Shown in pieces: positions 36,853-48,785 of a stretch of 64,000 nucleotides of DNA (its first letter is position 1; the number at the start of each line of letters is the position of its first letter). This DNA comes from Tubulanus polymorphus. Its lineage: Eukaryota > Animalia > Nemertea. Under the pieces are notes generated by a model. It saw nothing but the letters and a program-made list of their open reading frames with translations. It had not been told where the DNA came from and made no database searches. The DNA is taken from assembly GCF_964204645.1 (NCBI RefSeq), contig NC_134032.1, positions 2,414,416-2,478,415 on the forward strand. Direction: 5' to 3'. Made by a program: the position numbers and the translations under genes.

Positions 36853-36922
36853 CAATATATTTTTTGCATGGTATATTGCACGAAATTTTTTTCTTTTAAC
36901 TTGGCCCTAATCAGCCACCATA

Positions 36923-37009
36923 CGAAGCAGCGATCCAGCGCAATTTCCATCGTCGAGTATATCGAAATGAATCCCATCATCGTCATCGTGAAGCCGTCGA
37001 TCGAGCAGC
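36923..37009 (-). pseudogene. Opsin-like GPCR TM3 exon fragment cut by the transposon end
   Basis: CTAATTTAG acceptor, then GCSIDGFTMTMMGFISIYSTMEIALDRCF, which has the TM3 Cys and a DRY-like motif. Confidence 0.6.
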
Positions 37010-37587
37010 CTAAATTAGACACAGTAAATTCGTTACAGCGACCTGCCGGCACCGCCAGAGTGCGCTAGTAGTTTGTCTACTCGGTTGGTTGATGTCTACA
37101 TTTCATTTGACATCGAATCAACTGTTTTTCTGGGCCTCGGGAGTAAAACAATGCAACTTAAATGAGAAGGCCCCAAAATTACCATAGAATTAAGATCAAA
37201 TAATTCTAATGATATCTATTGGACTATGATGAAATAAACGTATATGGCTATGACAAATAATCAGATATAGTTATAGTTATTGTTGTGATTAGACGAGTAA
37301 AATTGATTGAATAAATCCATAAGATATGGTTATAGATAAAAATGGGCATGTTACCCTAATCAACCAATACGTACAGGAATCGATGTAAGATTCATGTGAA
37401 TTAGAAACAATATGGAATGACATTCATGTCGCAGATAATACACAAATGATTAGGAAACTACCCAACTAAGAGTAAGGTTATTTCTTGCTTGTGAAGGCAG
37501 GGTCTGTCAAGTGAAATACTAGCACCGAATTCGTACTAACTGGTAGCGTTTGTAGAAGTTTCTACACGATAGAGAAACGGCGCATAC

Positions 37588-37905
37588 GTACCGAAGCCCC
37601 TAGGTGACATACGAGATAATATTTTCACAATTTCGACTGATTATCTCGACTCCTCATGTGGAAATTCGACTTATTATGTGGAAATTCGACTTATTATGTG
37701 AAAAATCGACTTATTTAAGTCGAAATTCGACTTATTAAGTCGATATTTGACTTATCGAGTCGAATTTGGACTTAATGTCGAAATTTGATTTGTTACGTTG
37801 GTCGAATTCCGACTAACTATGTGGAAATTTGACTTATTATGTGGAAATTTGATTTATTAAGTCGAATTTGGATCTCGAAATTCGAATTTTTATTACTCGA
37901 TAATA
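37588..37905. repeat. Degenerate ~20-bp tandem repeat (GTGGAAATTCGACTTATTAT) behind a TACCGAAGCCCC end; probable non-autonomous IS3EU-like element
   Basis: About ten diverged units can be read directly. The family assignment is inference. Confidence 0.55.
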
Positions 37906-37924
37906 TCCAATCATTAAATTCATC

Positions 37925-38275
37925 TGGCCGTCCAACCCCATATTTTTTTCTTTTAACAGTTTTTGTTTTTAGTACTTTTTCAATTTTATATTCTTGTTCT
38001 AGATTTTCAGTAGTTAAAATTAATTCTTCTTCACAAAAATTCCCATCAACTTCTTCACCATCTAAATCTTCTAACTTATAGACATACGGTTTTGTTGTTA
38101 TTACTTTTATATTTTATATATTTCTCTAGTAAAATTACGATCGTATCCTTTATGAAATATCTTTTTATACTTAGAAATTCTAACATTTTGACCAACTTTA
38201 AATTTAAATTCACCACAATCATCTATAAGAAATGCCCCGTATAAATTATTCCAAACAATTTCGAAATTTTCAGGT
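37925..38275 (-). mobile_element. Polinton/Maverick integrase C-terminal fragment
   Basis: FKVGQNVRISKYKKIFHKGYDRNFTREIYKI...YKLEDLDGEEVDGNFCEEEL..YKIEKVLK. Confidence 0.75.
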
Positions 38276-38357
38276 TTTCAGGTTTCGGCAGTTAGTTAAG
38301 CAATACCTATTTTTCCATACCAAATTAACCGTGTATTTACTAAGATAAATCCTAGGT

Positions 38358-40230
38358 GTACAGGGGAGTCGTGGGCCTAAACGAAACACGCCGAAGAGAT
38401 ATACCGGAGAAAAGCCGAGGTCGACGAGGTATCAAAATAAAAGAATATATTACTTTATTCGGCCGCGGGCTTCAACCTCTATATCAATACCATCAATACT
38501 CTATATTTCCTACAGTACATACCGATCATTGTCAAATGCACAAGGTATTTACTAAATACAAGTATATAACACACTCCTATCCGTATGCTGGACTCACACT
38601 TGACATTCGGAGTAAGCGTTCGCTGTGGGGAAAAGGAGATGGTTTGCTATGTCGCTTGAAGTGTTTATCGAGTTTTACGCGGCTTTAGGCCTACCGGTAC
38701 TGAGCTTTACTGTCTCAAACAAACACAGTATAATTGTTGCGTTTATTAACGGACTCATTGGATTGAACTTCAAAACACAATTTACGATATTTAGGTGGGT
38801 TGTTATTCAATAGGCCTACGACCAATCTGTCCGGATGTTAGGCCTACGCATATACATAGGCCTACATAGGCTAGTAGCCTCTGCTAGGTTAAAGCTAAGT
38901 TCACTGTAAAGGAGGAATCAGATTTATTAAAATGCATGTTAATTAGTGATTAACTGGTTGTGACTTGCAAAGATCAATCACAATTATCAATTTTATTGCC
39001 AAAAATAAAGATTTTTTTGAAAATTTCGTCTGGGCAGACAGCTTTATAAGCCAGACTTTTCATTTGAGTTTTCTCATCATAAATGAAACTGGTATTTCAT
39101 TAATTCCTAATGACTTAAGCAGGGCGTAGGTCGGCCTTGCGACGGCTTGTGACTCACTGCGATGCCAATCACTGCGACCGCCAGCAACAATTTTCTCGCA
39201 ACGACTCATCGACCTACGCTCCCTTGCGACAGGTTGCGGCTTTCAGCAACGCCAGTCACAAGGAGTCGCACGTGTTCTACTTTCTGCGACGCGACACGAC
39301 TGTCACAACCGACTGACGCGCTCTTGCGACTGGCAGAAACTGGTTGCACACGACGCGCTCTTGCGACTGGCAGAAACTGGTCGCACACAGTCGCTGACAA
39401 TCATATCGCAACCGACTTGCACCGAAACTTGCGATGCAACACGAGGATCGCATCGCGTCACAAGGCTGACCTACGTCTGGCGATAAGTTACTGCGGAGCC
39501 ACAGAAATATCTTTTTTTTCGTTCAAACGACCTTTCGCTTGAAAATTCTTTCGTCGGAACAAAATTTATTTCATTCCAACCAATGATATTCTTTTCGATT
39601 GAACCAATTTGATAAAATCGTTAGAACAAAGTTGAACAAACTTTTTTTGTCCAAACGAAAGGTTTTTCGTTCGAACAATTGTTCGATCGAACAGAATCGT
39701 TTTAATTTGAACATTCGTTCGAAAAGATTTTCATTCGAACTAGTATATTGTAAAAAATTTTTTCAACCAAAAGATTTAAGTATTTCGACAATCGAACAGA
39801 ATTGTTTTCATTCAAACATTCGTTCGAAAAGAATTGTTTTCGCTCAACCAGATTTTTTTTTGCAGGGACAAAATGTGTTTCATTTCAACAATAACAAAGC
39901 TTTTCATTCGAATAAATTTTTATGTCATAATGAAGAAAGTTTTGGTTCAAACAAAAAGCGTATTGTTCGATCAAACAGAATTGTTTTCACTCGAACAAGA
40001 TTTTCTTGTCGGAACGTTAAGTTTTTTGGTCGAACAGCGTGTTAAGTTTGTTTTGGAAATTTACTCGGTCTGGTATATATTGGATTACTGTGTATGTCAT
40101 TTGTCAGGACATTAAACAGAAGACGGGTTAGGATACTACCTTGCGTGACTCCACTAGTTAGACCGACTTATTCCAAGATGAGGCGTTCCGTTGATTTCGG
40201 CTACAAGTTTTCGTTCAGAGATAACTTCTG
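38358..40230 (+). repeat. Old diverged paralogue of 5565-8255
   Basis: Colinear matching blocks, e.g. GAGTCGT.GGCCTAAAC, CGCTTGAAGTGTTTAT, TTTCATTTGAGTTTT and GGATACTACCTTGCGTGACTCCACTAGTTAGA. Confidence 0.8.
39119..39483. mobile_element. PIF/Harbinger-like MITE
   Basis: TIRs GGCGTAGGTCGGCCTTGCGAC / GTCACAAGGCTGACCTACGTC with TAA on both flanks. Absent from the paralogous site at ~7450. Confidence 0.7.
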
Positions 40231-41127
40231 AGCCATTTGGGCGACCTATCATTGATACTGTTTCCTAATAGCCTGTTTAGTAATGGCTGATGTTGTGCCT
40301 TATCAAATGCTTTGTCGAAATCCACCGTTGAACAGGATTCTAAGATTGTGCAGAAAACCCGTTATCGCTGCTTTGCAGCTATATTTTAGTTTTGATTTTA
40401 ATTTATTTCAGAGAAAAGCAGAAGATTAAAATTACAATAAAGTTAAACAATTCAAATAAGAGAGAGAATCTTCGTTTTTAGATAGTGGAATTCGTCAACG
40501 GAACATAAGCCCACTTTGTATTATTCAGTAATGTTCAAAATGTTTGGGCTGTATGGTCCGAATATGGGAATCCACTTTAACAAAACGTCGCCTCCCAGTG
40601 AGATCAACTCTATTCACAATGAAAGCCCTATCTCTCAATTCAGACAACTACAAGCGTGCAGGTATTTGGTTGAATGTGTTCATATTACAGTCGACTATAA
40701 ATTATAATTGTTAGAAGAGACTTATTTTACTGCATTGTTCAAGTCCAGTATCTTCTTCTTCATGTTTTCTATTTAGGGATACATTTTTTCCAAGCGATTT
40801 TTATACTAATTGATTTAGTTAGGTGCTCTAGGCAAAATGTTCAGGCAATTGGATTTCAGAAATTTGAACAATACGAGCTGTGAAGATGTGTTGGACCAAT
40901 CAGACTGAAACACCATGCGCCTTTCGTACGTACGCAGTCCTAGAAATACATTTGGGGAGTGTTAAAATCTTTGGGAAAAAGCCAATGAAAATTGTATTCA
41001 TATATGACATGATTAGTTTAAAAACCAATCAGATTTTTAGAGGTTGGTCCAGATTTCGGAATGCATATATAATCAGTATTTTGGTGTCATCCGCCGCATT
41101 TAACTGAGAATTTCATCAGCCGAGATC

Positions 41128-43346
41128 ATGAACGCGATCAACATTTTACTGGTCGGTGTTTTCTGTTCCGTCGTCGCTGATGCGGTTTTAACCGAGTTCC
41201 GTATTCAACAATTCACTCGACTGCCAGAATGTTTGATAGGCGACAAACACCGCGAGATAAACTCACAAAACTGGGCGAAAACAAACCACGTGATCGCAAA
41301 CAGAAATGTTCAAAACATCATCAAGTGCGCTCGTGATTGTATGAAAGATCAGAAATGTTCGGACATGTCGTTCAACGGAGGATATTGTTACCTGTATGAC
41401 GTCAACACCGACTACGCGTGCAGTGCCATCAACGGCATAACCAAGTACTACAAGGTAGGTTCATTCAAATACTAAATATCAAGTAAATTACAGTAGACAT
41501 AGTAACAATTTACTGAATGCATTCTTAGAATTTAAAAAAATCTTTCAACGCAAAAAGAAATGATCCAGTTCAATAACTGTTACAGTAAACTTTGAACTGG
41601 ATTTTTAGACTCCTGTGTCCATATATTATCACAGCACCCACCAAATATACAATACATTATATGAATAATCGATTCATTTAAGCGAAGAGTTCATTCAGAT
41701 TTAATTGAAATGTAGAAGGAAATTGAACGTTGGTGACTAACTATCTACAAGCGACACCTGGCGCATCCTCGCCTGCCATACGTGGAATCCTCGATTGCGA
41801 CAGTAGCGGTGCGGGTATCTAATTAAAGCAGTTTATCGTAACGATTTTACTTGTTTAAAATCGGATGCAGAATAGCGCGAGGTCGGGACTGAAACTAACA
41901 AATGTGGCTTGTACTCTTGTTTTTGAAGTTGTCATTCAAAGAGTTAGTTCGTTGATGAGGTATAGAACTGTTATAACTGAAATGTACCGTCCTCGTCAGT
42001 CTTTACAGTATGATATATACTTTCTATGGTCTCGCGCTTTAAGGAAGTCTATTTTTCATGATATTATGACATCATTTAGTATAAAGTGACTTATAATTCT
42101 TACGGGTGGGTTCTAAATCTATGTATTAATATGTGATGTACAAGTCACTATAATAGATAGATAAGTAAATACATGAAAACAATAAAATATTACGTTTCTG
42201 TCTCTTAATGCAAAATTATTTCGTGAACTAATATGTTTATTATTAACATTTGTTTCAGAAGAGAGATGATGGACCGACCACTCCCGGTACGAGTCCCAGC
42301 AACCGAAGCAGCTGCAGCAACAGCAGCAGTCGCAGCCGTAGCAGCAGCAGTAAATCCATGTGTAGCAAAAACAGTAAGTTATTTGCCTATAATATTTGCA
42401 TCTGGTTATCGCGGTAATCAAAGGGTATGAATTACACACGAAATCTGCCGTAAACTATGCATGATTCTAACCCACAAATCTGGAAAGGGGATACCTCAAA
42501 CCAGTCGGCCATGGCGCTTTTATGATATCTCAAGACGACACTGTTACCAAAACGGAACGTTCTTAGTTTTGCCGCGCCTAAACGGACTTTTTAAGAAAGA
42601 TTCGGCGTTTTCTTTTGTTTTAGCGAGCATTCTGGTGTCCCCATATGCTTAGCAGGAATTGTGGAATTGTACACGATTGCCCTGATCAGCCACACCGTAC
42701 AAACCACTAGTTCACTGAACCGCATTTATCAAACTGATGCACGGTATATGTTCTTATTTCAGCTGATGAAGTCGTGCGACCAAATCTGCGCAATCTTTGT
42801 TATTTCTTCGATTTTGATAAAGTTGATACTGAACGTGGAATCGTGTACGGAGAGGGAGCCAATATGACGGCGTATAATCATGAAACAGGGAACAACGTGA
42901 AACTCACACTGGTCGAAGGTGCTAATAACAGCCAAGCTGTGAACTCGACGATTAAGTATCTGAAATTGTATTTTGGAGACAGAAAGAAACCTATAAAGAT
43001 AAAGAGCTACTCGATTTCTCTATTAGTTGGTGGATTTGGTGCCGGATCGGTTTACATGAAGAAATACTTGCTGTTGTATCACAGTGGACGTAAAGTTGAG
43101 TGTGGGAAATATCCGAAGAAAAAGATACTAGAGTATCGAATCGATGGTAGTTTATTCGGCAAGGGGAAATGGGTTTCATTGAGATGCACAAACGGCGATT
43201 TGTACGTTAATCATGCGCGCATGTCAATCCATCAAATTGTTAAGGCGCCGATGTACCAAACGAAGGTTGGTTATCCAATTTTCCGCCATTTGTCACATAC
43301 CAATTATGGCACTGTGGATAACCTTACATTAAATGTTTGGTATTAA
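41128..43346 (+). CDS. Secreted protein: signal peptide + PAN/apple-like domain + Ser-rich linker + LamG/ConA-like domain, 3 exons, 341 aa
   Basis: Exons 41128-41454, 42259-42373, 42763-43346 join in phase (1026 nt). PAN-like pattern CARDCMKDQKC..SF...CYLY. LamG-like cues YFFDFD, SYSISL, KWVSL..LYVN, GTVDNL. Confidence 0.7.
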
Positions 43347-43391
43347 CGAACTCGAAGTAAATAAAGATCATCAAAGCACTACAGTACTTAT

Positions 43392-43600
43392 ATTTTATTA
43401 TAATTATAATTATAATTATAATCATTGTTATAATTATGATAATTATTATAATAAGTATAGTATAATTATTATAATAAGTATAATTATTATAATTATTATC
43501 AATATTATTAATAATCATTAATTGTCACTAATTATAATTTATGCTATTATTATTATTTTTATTACCATTATCATTACCGTTGCATGTATTATCATTGATA
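43392..43600. repeat. (TAA/ATT)n AT-rich simple repeat
   Basis: Direct reading. Confidence 0.9.
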
Positions 43601-43956
43601 TTGATTTAACTTTGTAAGCGATAGTGTAGTTGGCATTGATCGAATTGTGTGAAATGCGCAGTACGTTTTCCGTGTGAGCATTTGTTTCGTTGGATCTCGG
43701 CCTAACAAAAAGAGAGATATAAAAATAAAAATTGGAGCATAGTTTTTATCATATCATATAATATGAAAAGAGAAAGAAAATTGTCCTTCAATATTTGAAT
43801 CGACTACTAATTGTGTGTTTAATGTTTAGAATTTGCGGATGACGGGTTTCGATTATTAAATCTGTTCCTTGAGAAGAATAACGTGTACCTTTTCTAAATG
43901 TTAAAATGTAAAAATAATTTTCTAAACAAATAGGTTGTTATTTACGCTGGTTTCAG

Positions 43957-44217
43957 AAGAAATATGATGGACCAACTGCTGCCAACAGCTGCAGCAGTAG
44001 CACCAGTAGCAGCATCAGCTGTAGAAGCAGTGGTAGCAGCAGCAGCATCAGCAGCTATATCAGCAGGAGCAGCAATAACAGCATTAGTAGCACCAGCAGC
44101 AGCTATAGATTATTGAATAAAAATCTGAAGACTCAAATGGCAACTAACATTCCGCCAAAACAACATGGGGAGGAAACGCATGCATCTAATCATTCGTCAT
44201 ACCGGCTACATTTATAA
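43957..44217 (+). other. Duplicate of exon 2 (Ser-rich); possible alternative terminal exon
   Basis: GTTTCAG|AAGAAATATGATGGACCAACT mirrors GTTTCAG|AAGAGAGATGATGGACCGACC. The frame is open to TAA at 44215-44217. Confidence 0.5.
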
Positions 44218-44875
44218 CACCATCTCAAATACGACAATATATTTGTTTTTTTTTCGTCAACTTCAGCGAATTCACAGTAATTTACCATTTACTGCAACCA
44301 TCGCAACTATCACTTTCAACTGTAGCTACATCAACTGCAGCGAAAAGCAAAGATACGATTCTACTCCTCTCTACATGAATTCAGGTTTTGATATTCAGAT
44401 TGTATGAGCTTGAAGACAAACTTCAGCTTCAAACACTGCAATCCTCTTAACGGCATCAAGGGCCATTTGTATTCAGTACTGTGACTCCCATTGTGTTCAT
44501 TTCAGTAATTTTGTGGCTGTAGGGTCCGAATGAAGGATCCAGAAATCTTTCTTTACAGAAAAACACCCCTGGTGAGATCAACACTTTTCGAACCTAAAGG
44601 CCTACATTCTAATTCCAGACAGTTTCTAGATTCTAAACGATTTAGTTTTTTTGCTTTTGGCGATAAATTCAGGCAATCGTTTTTCAGAAATTTGGACAAT
44701 GCGAGCTGTGAAGATGTGTTGGACCAATCAGACTCAAACATCTTGCACCTTTCCACTGCAAAATCGTTTTAAATGCAAAATGGGAGTGATAAATTTTCTT
44801 ATTCATATATAACATAATCATAATCATAGAGGTGTCATTCAACACATTCAACTGAGAATTTCATCAGATGAGATC

Positions 44876-45092
44876 ATGAACGCAATCAACATTCTACTGG
44901 TCGGTGTTTTCTTTCTCGTCGTCACCGATGAGGTTTTCACCGAGTTCCGCATTCAACAATACACTCGACTGCCAGAATGTTTGATAGGCGACAAACACAG
45001 CGAGAAAAACTCACAAAATTGGGCGAAAACAAACCACGTGATCGCAAACAGAAATGTACGTAGCGTCGTCGAGTGCGGAGCTAATTGTATTA
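44876..45092 (+). pseudogene. Truncated paralogue of exon 1 of the PAN-domain gene (upstream region also duplicated)
   Basis: MNAINILLVGVF..TEFRIQQYTRLPECLIGDKH..VIANRNV..ECGANCIK, then homology stops. 44510-44875 resembles 40540-41127. Confidence 0.75.
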
Positions 45093-45399
45093 AAGCTGCT
45101 TTTTGCATTTTTGAGGCAAATGGGAGAGCTCTACTGGAAAATCAATTGGCTGGATTTTAGCTTTTGTCTCCATTACTTTAAACAAGGGGCCAGCTACAAA
45201 CTGCGCAAGTAAAAATAAAGTTAAATAAGAGACTGAAAATTATTTTACAAATAAAACAATTTTAGAAACATTAATGTTCTTTAGAACAACGGTCCCTCAA
45301 CCCTCGTTATAATTCCACTTTATTATACGGTTTATTGTTCAGTGTATTCTGTTTCAGCGAAACCTTTGTTGAAGTGGCCCATAACCTTTTAACCGAGAA

Positions 45400-45840
45400 A
45401 ATGAAAGTTTCTCTCGCTTCAAAAAGCAGTAAAGCTGTTTTAGACATAGCACATCGTATCGGATCGGGAAGTAAGTGCAAATTGAAGCTATGACGTATAG
45501 CAAAAACCTAAAAGGTTCGAATTACTGCGTACGAGACCAACTACCCCTAAAAATGAATGATAGAGCAGCCGCCCAAATCAACGACTTCAAAGCGCTAAAA
45601 CACAATGAACAAAACCGTGTGAGAATGGTTCGAGATATGCTCATGCTGAATGGTGAAATCATGCGACCAGAGTTTTCTCGCAACCCACTAACGCCCGACA
45701 TAGTGGATTTAGTTGAAATTCACGAAACCGAATTAATTCAATCAAAAATAAGATCGATCGAAAATTGTGAGATTCGCGCTTGTACAATTCGTACAGAAAA
45801 CGTTCACGAAATCATTCATTCTAAAAGCTCAGGTTTTTAG
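45400..45840 (+). mobile_element. LINE ORF1-like remnant
   Basis: KNLKGSNYCVRDQLP...VRMVRDMLMLNG resembles the ORF1 C-terminal KLKGxxxxIxEQxP...DKLxING pattern. Confidence 0.4.
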
Positions 45841-48612
45841 CGTTTAGTGGTTTGGAAGCAAATTCATCCCAAAGTTGATATTTCGAATATCAGACCAAGT
45901 CCATTTTAGACAAAAACCCACAATAAAAAGAAAAACTACCTGGTAGCCACTTGTCTATGGAAACCAACAGTTCCATTTTCCTTCGTTTGACATTCCGAGG
46001 AATATTCCTCCCGAAGTCGATATGAATATCAGACCTGAAGGTCAAATTCTCTTCGTTTGACCTTGGGAGGAATATTCACAATCAATTTTTGTTGTTGATT
46101 AGAAAGAAATGTGGTGAACAATACGATTCGTTAGAAATCAGCGTTAGTAATTCGGTGGGAGATCTTGCATGTGTGACACCCAGTATATGTAAACGTATCT
46201 ATCGGCAACCTCTTAGAGGGTATCAGGATCCCATCATCCCGCACCGACATGATAGGAGCATCATTCCGCGGATTTCTCCAAAAATTCATCATACGTTCGA
46301 ATTAACAGAACGTGTTATTAAGGATAATGAAACGGAATGAGAGAAGTAAAGAAAACATATGGTTGTGTTTGGTATTTTTTAACATTATCAGATGAGATAG
46401 TTTTGCTCTATCCATGATCTAACGAGTTCGTTTTTAAAACTAAACAATCTATTGGTGGTGCAGTAATTGAATGTATATATCGCAAACCGTTCTAAGATTT
46501 TTCGGATTAAAGTTGCTTTATAAACGTATCATTTTAGTGAGGACCGGTAGAATATCTTACTTCAAAAATGTTAGAATATTGCTTGAAGTTAGAATATATA
46601 CAGGGTCAAATTTTACGGTGTCCGTTGAACCGCATTATGACAATATCTGTTTACATTGTGTCCTGTTATTGAGTTCGGTCTTTGAAATCATGTAATATTG
46701 TATTGTCAACCTGTTCTGAGGATTCATTCTTAACGCACGTTGAATTTACTATACACGCGCATTACGACCGGTCCTCAGGCGAGGTAAGGTGAGTTGAATC
46801 TTAAACGGGATTTTTCTTAAAATCTGACCCTTTTTTCGAATACGAATGACTAATCGGCAGTTCACATTTCGGGGATAAAGACACCCTGTCTCGGGGGGGG
46901 GGGGGGGTGGTCTCACTAGACTAGAGCATCAAACCTTTACGTACTTCTTACGCCTAATAGTTTGTGGGTCCATCTATATGGAAAATGTCTATACTGCTGT
47001 TGTTGCTGAAAATACCCACGGAAATTATGCCCTGGGTTAAAGTTACCAGTCCTTAAAACTTTCAACAGATTTTAAATGGGTATAGTGTTCACAATAATCA
47101 GAATAGTTTAATGATTGTATCTACATGTACACTGTTAAATGCACACGTATTTACGGTTTAGTGAAATGTAGAATATCGCTTTTGGGACGCGGTCCTATGT
47201 TTCACTGTGCCATTGTGTGTATTCGATGTCATATTTGATTTCCATGGTTTACACTGTTCATATTGCAGTGACATATTGATATTGTTGCTTGAATAAATCT
47301 GTAAGCATTTGTAACATCAAATTGTAGGAATCAATTCTGTTTCTGGTCTCTCTAGTCAAACACCACGATCCTATATATGTTTTATATATTTTAGAGGCAT
47401 TTGCGTTTTGGAATTTTAAGAGTAAGCTGGTTGTTGCTATGTTTAGCCGAGGCTCGGTGAGCAACTACTCTTTAAGCCTATTCAGGGAAGTTAGTCGACT
47501 TGCACTCTTAACAATGCCATTTTTAATTACAGTGTGTCACCTGTGATGTGTCATCTTGCCTATAGCTGAACTCAGTAATTAGTAACCAAACAATGGTATA
47601 GACATTTTTGAGTAATGGTTAGTGTGAAGGAGCCTCATTGCAGTTTTATACATTTCTTTCTCTTCAAGAACATCAAGAAGAACGACGTAAATCATAACAT
47701 CATAGATATTATGATTTGTTCTTTAACTGAAAGGTGAGTCTTTTACTTAAGTATTTTGTTTCTATTTGACAAGGTCTATGTTTGGAAATAGGCCCTAAGT
47801 TTGTTCGTGTCAATCTTTCTATAAATACTATAATTAGGATGCCTTCTTATTAAAATATTTAAACGAAGAAAGTTCCTTCTCAAGGCCCTCGAACCATAGT
47901 TACCAGAAAATTAATCATCTCTGTATGATATTTAACCTATAACATAACCTTTTGTCATACTCTTATTCCGCAGTCGTCAGTAGAATGCTTTCTGTAAAAC
48001 TATTGTAAAACTATTTTTTCCCATCAAACCAGTTTGTACAACTGTGATGAGTAATAAATATATACTATACTATACTAGTATAAATACTGTTGAATGCTGT
48101 AATATCGCATGATATACCCGATGAAACAACTAAACAATAGTCAGAGCTCGTCCTTTGAATTTGGATACTAGATTACGGCATATCTAAAAACCACCTCAGT
48201 AGGCCTAATTTTTAATATTATACGGCATTGTATAATATAGGGAAATAGCTAATCTTTTTTTTTAATAACTGATATTCAATCATTGGATTCAAGTATACAT
48301 AATATACAGGCGCTATATGTTTTTTTGATCGATAAAAAGAATTCTTTTTAGAAATATTCTTCGGTAGAGTGTTGAGATTTTTTTCTATGACCACAATTAA
48401 CGATCAATCACATTTTTTTCAAATAATTATTAAGCACTGTTTTCAGAAACTAATATTTTACCCAGTGAAATTTACCATATATTTCATCAGTAAATACATT
48501 AAGAGCAGTAATGTTATGAAATGAACATGAAAAATTGCTCTTTTATGAGAAAAAAACTCTTTTATGACGAAATGTCATCCTTTAATTTGTGTAGGTCCGA
48601 AAAGTGACTTAT

Positions 48613-48785
48613 ATCCTGGTCACGGCACCATGTGGGATTTTACGGGCTCAAACCCGGAGCTATGATCGACTTGATCGCCTTGAATTCCATATCATAATTG
48701 ACTCTATTGTTTTCATCGTACACAAACAAACTTGTTACGAAGGGTCGCCTCATTGGGGTCACCCAAGGGTCGTCGGTCTCTTACA
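48613..48785 (-). mobile_element. Short LTR (48631-48785) with adjacent tRNA-His PBS; remnant copy 1
   Basis: TG..CA-bounded 155-bp segment abutting ATCCTGGTCACGGCACCA. Confidence 0.65.

Larger units (their letters stand above)
16570..36922. mobile_element. Large two-gene DDE DNA transposon (IS3EU-like) carrying a transposase and a SAM-HECT E3 ligase
   Basis: Termini TATGGTGGCTGATTAGGGCCAAGTT...AACTTGGCCCTAATCAGCCACCATA. Only ~3 mismatches over the outer 200 bp, and inverted identity extends ~1 kb. Two convergent spliced genes lie inside. No TSD is visible. Confidence 0.85.

Noticed and set aside
43324-43521. Ile/Asn/Tyr-rich ORFs on both strands
   Set aside because: Translation of an (ATT)n simple repeat.
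48613-48630. tRNA-His genes at the three TGGTGCCGTGACCAGGAT matches
   Set aside because: Only 18-nt 3'-end matches including CCA, each adjacent to an LTR. These are primer-binding sites.
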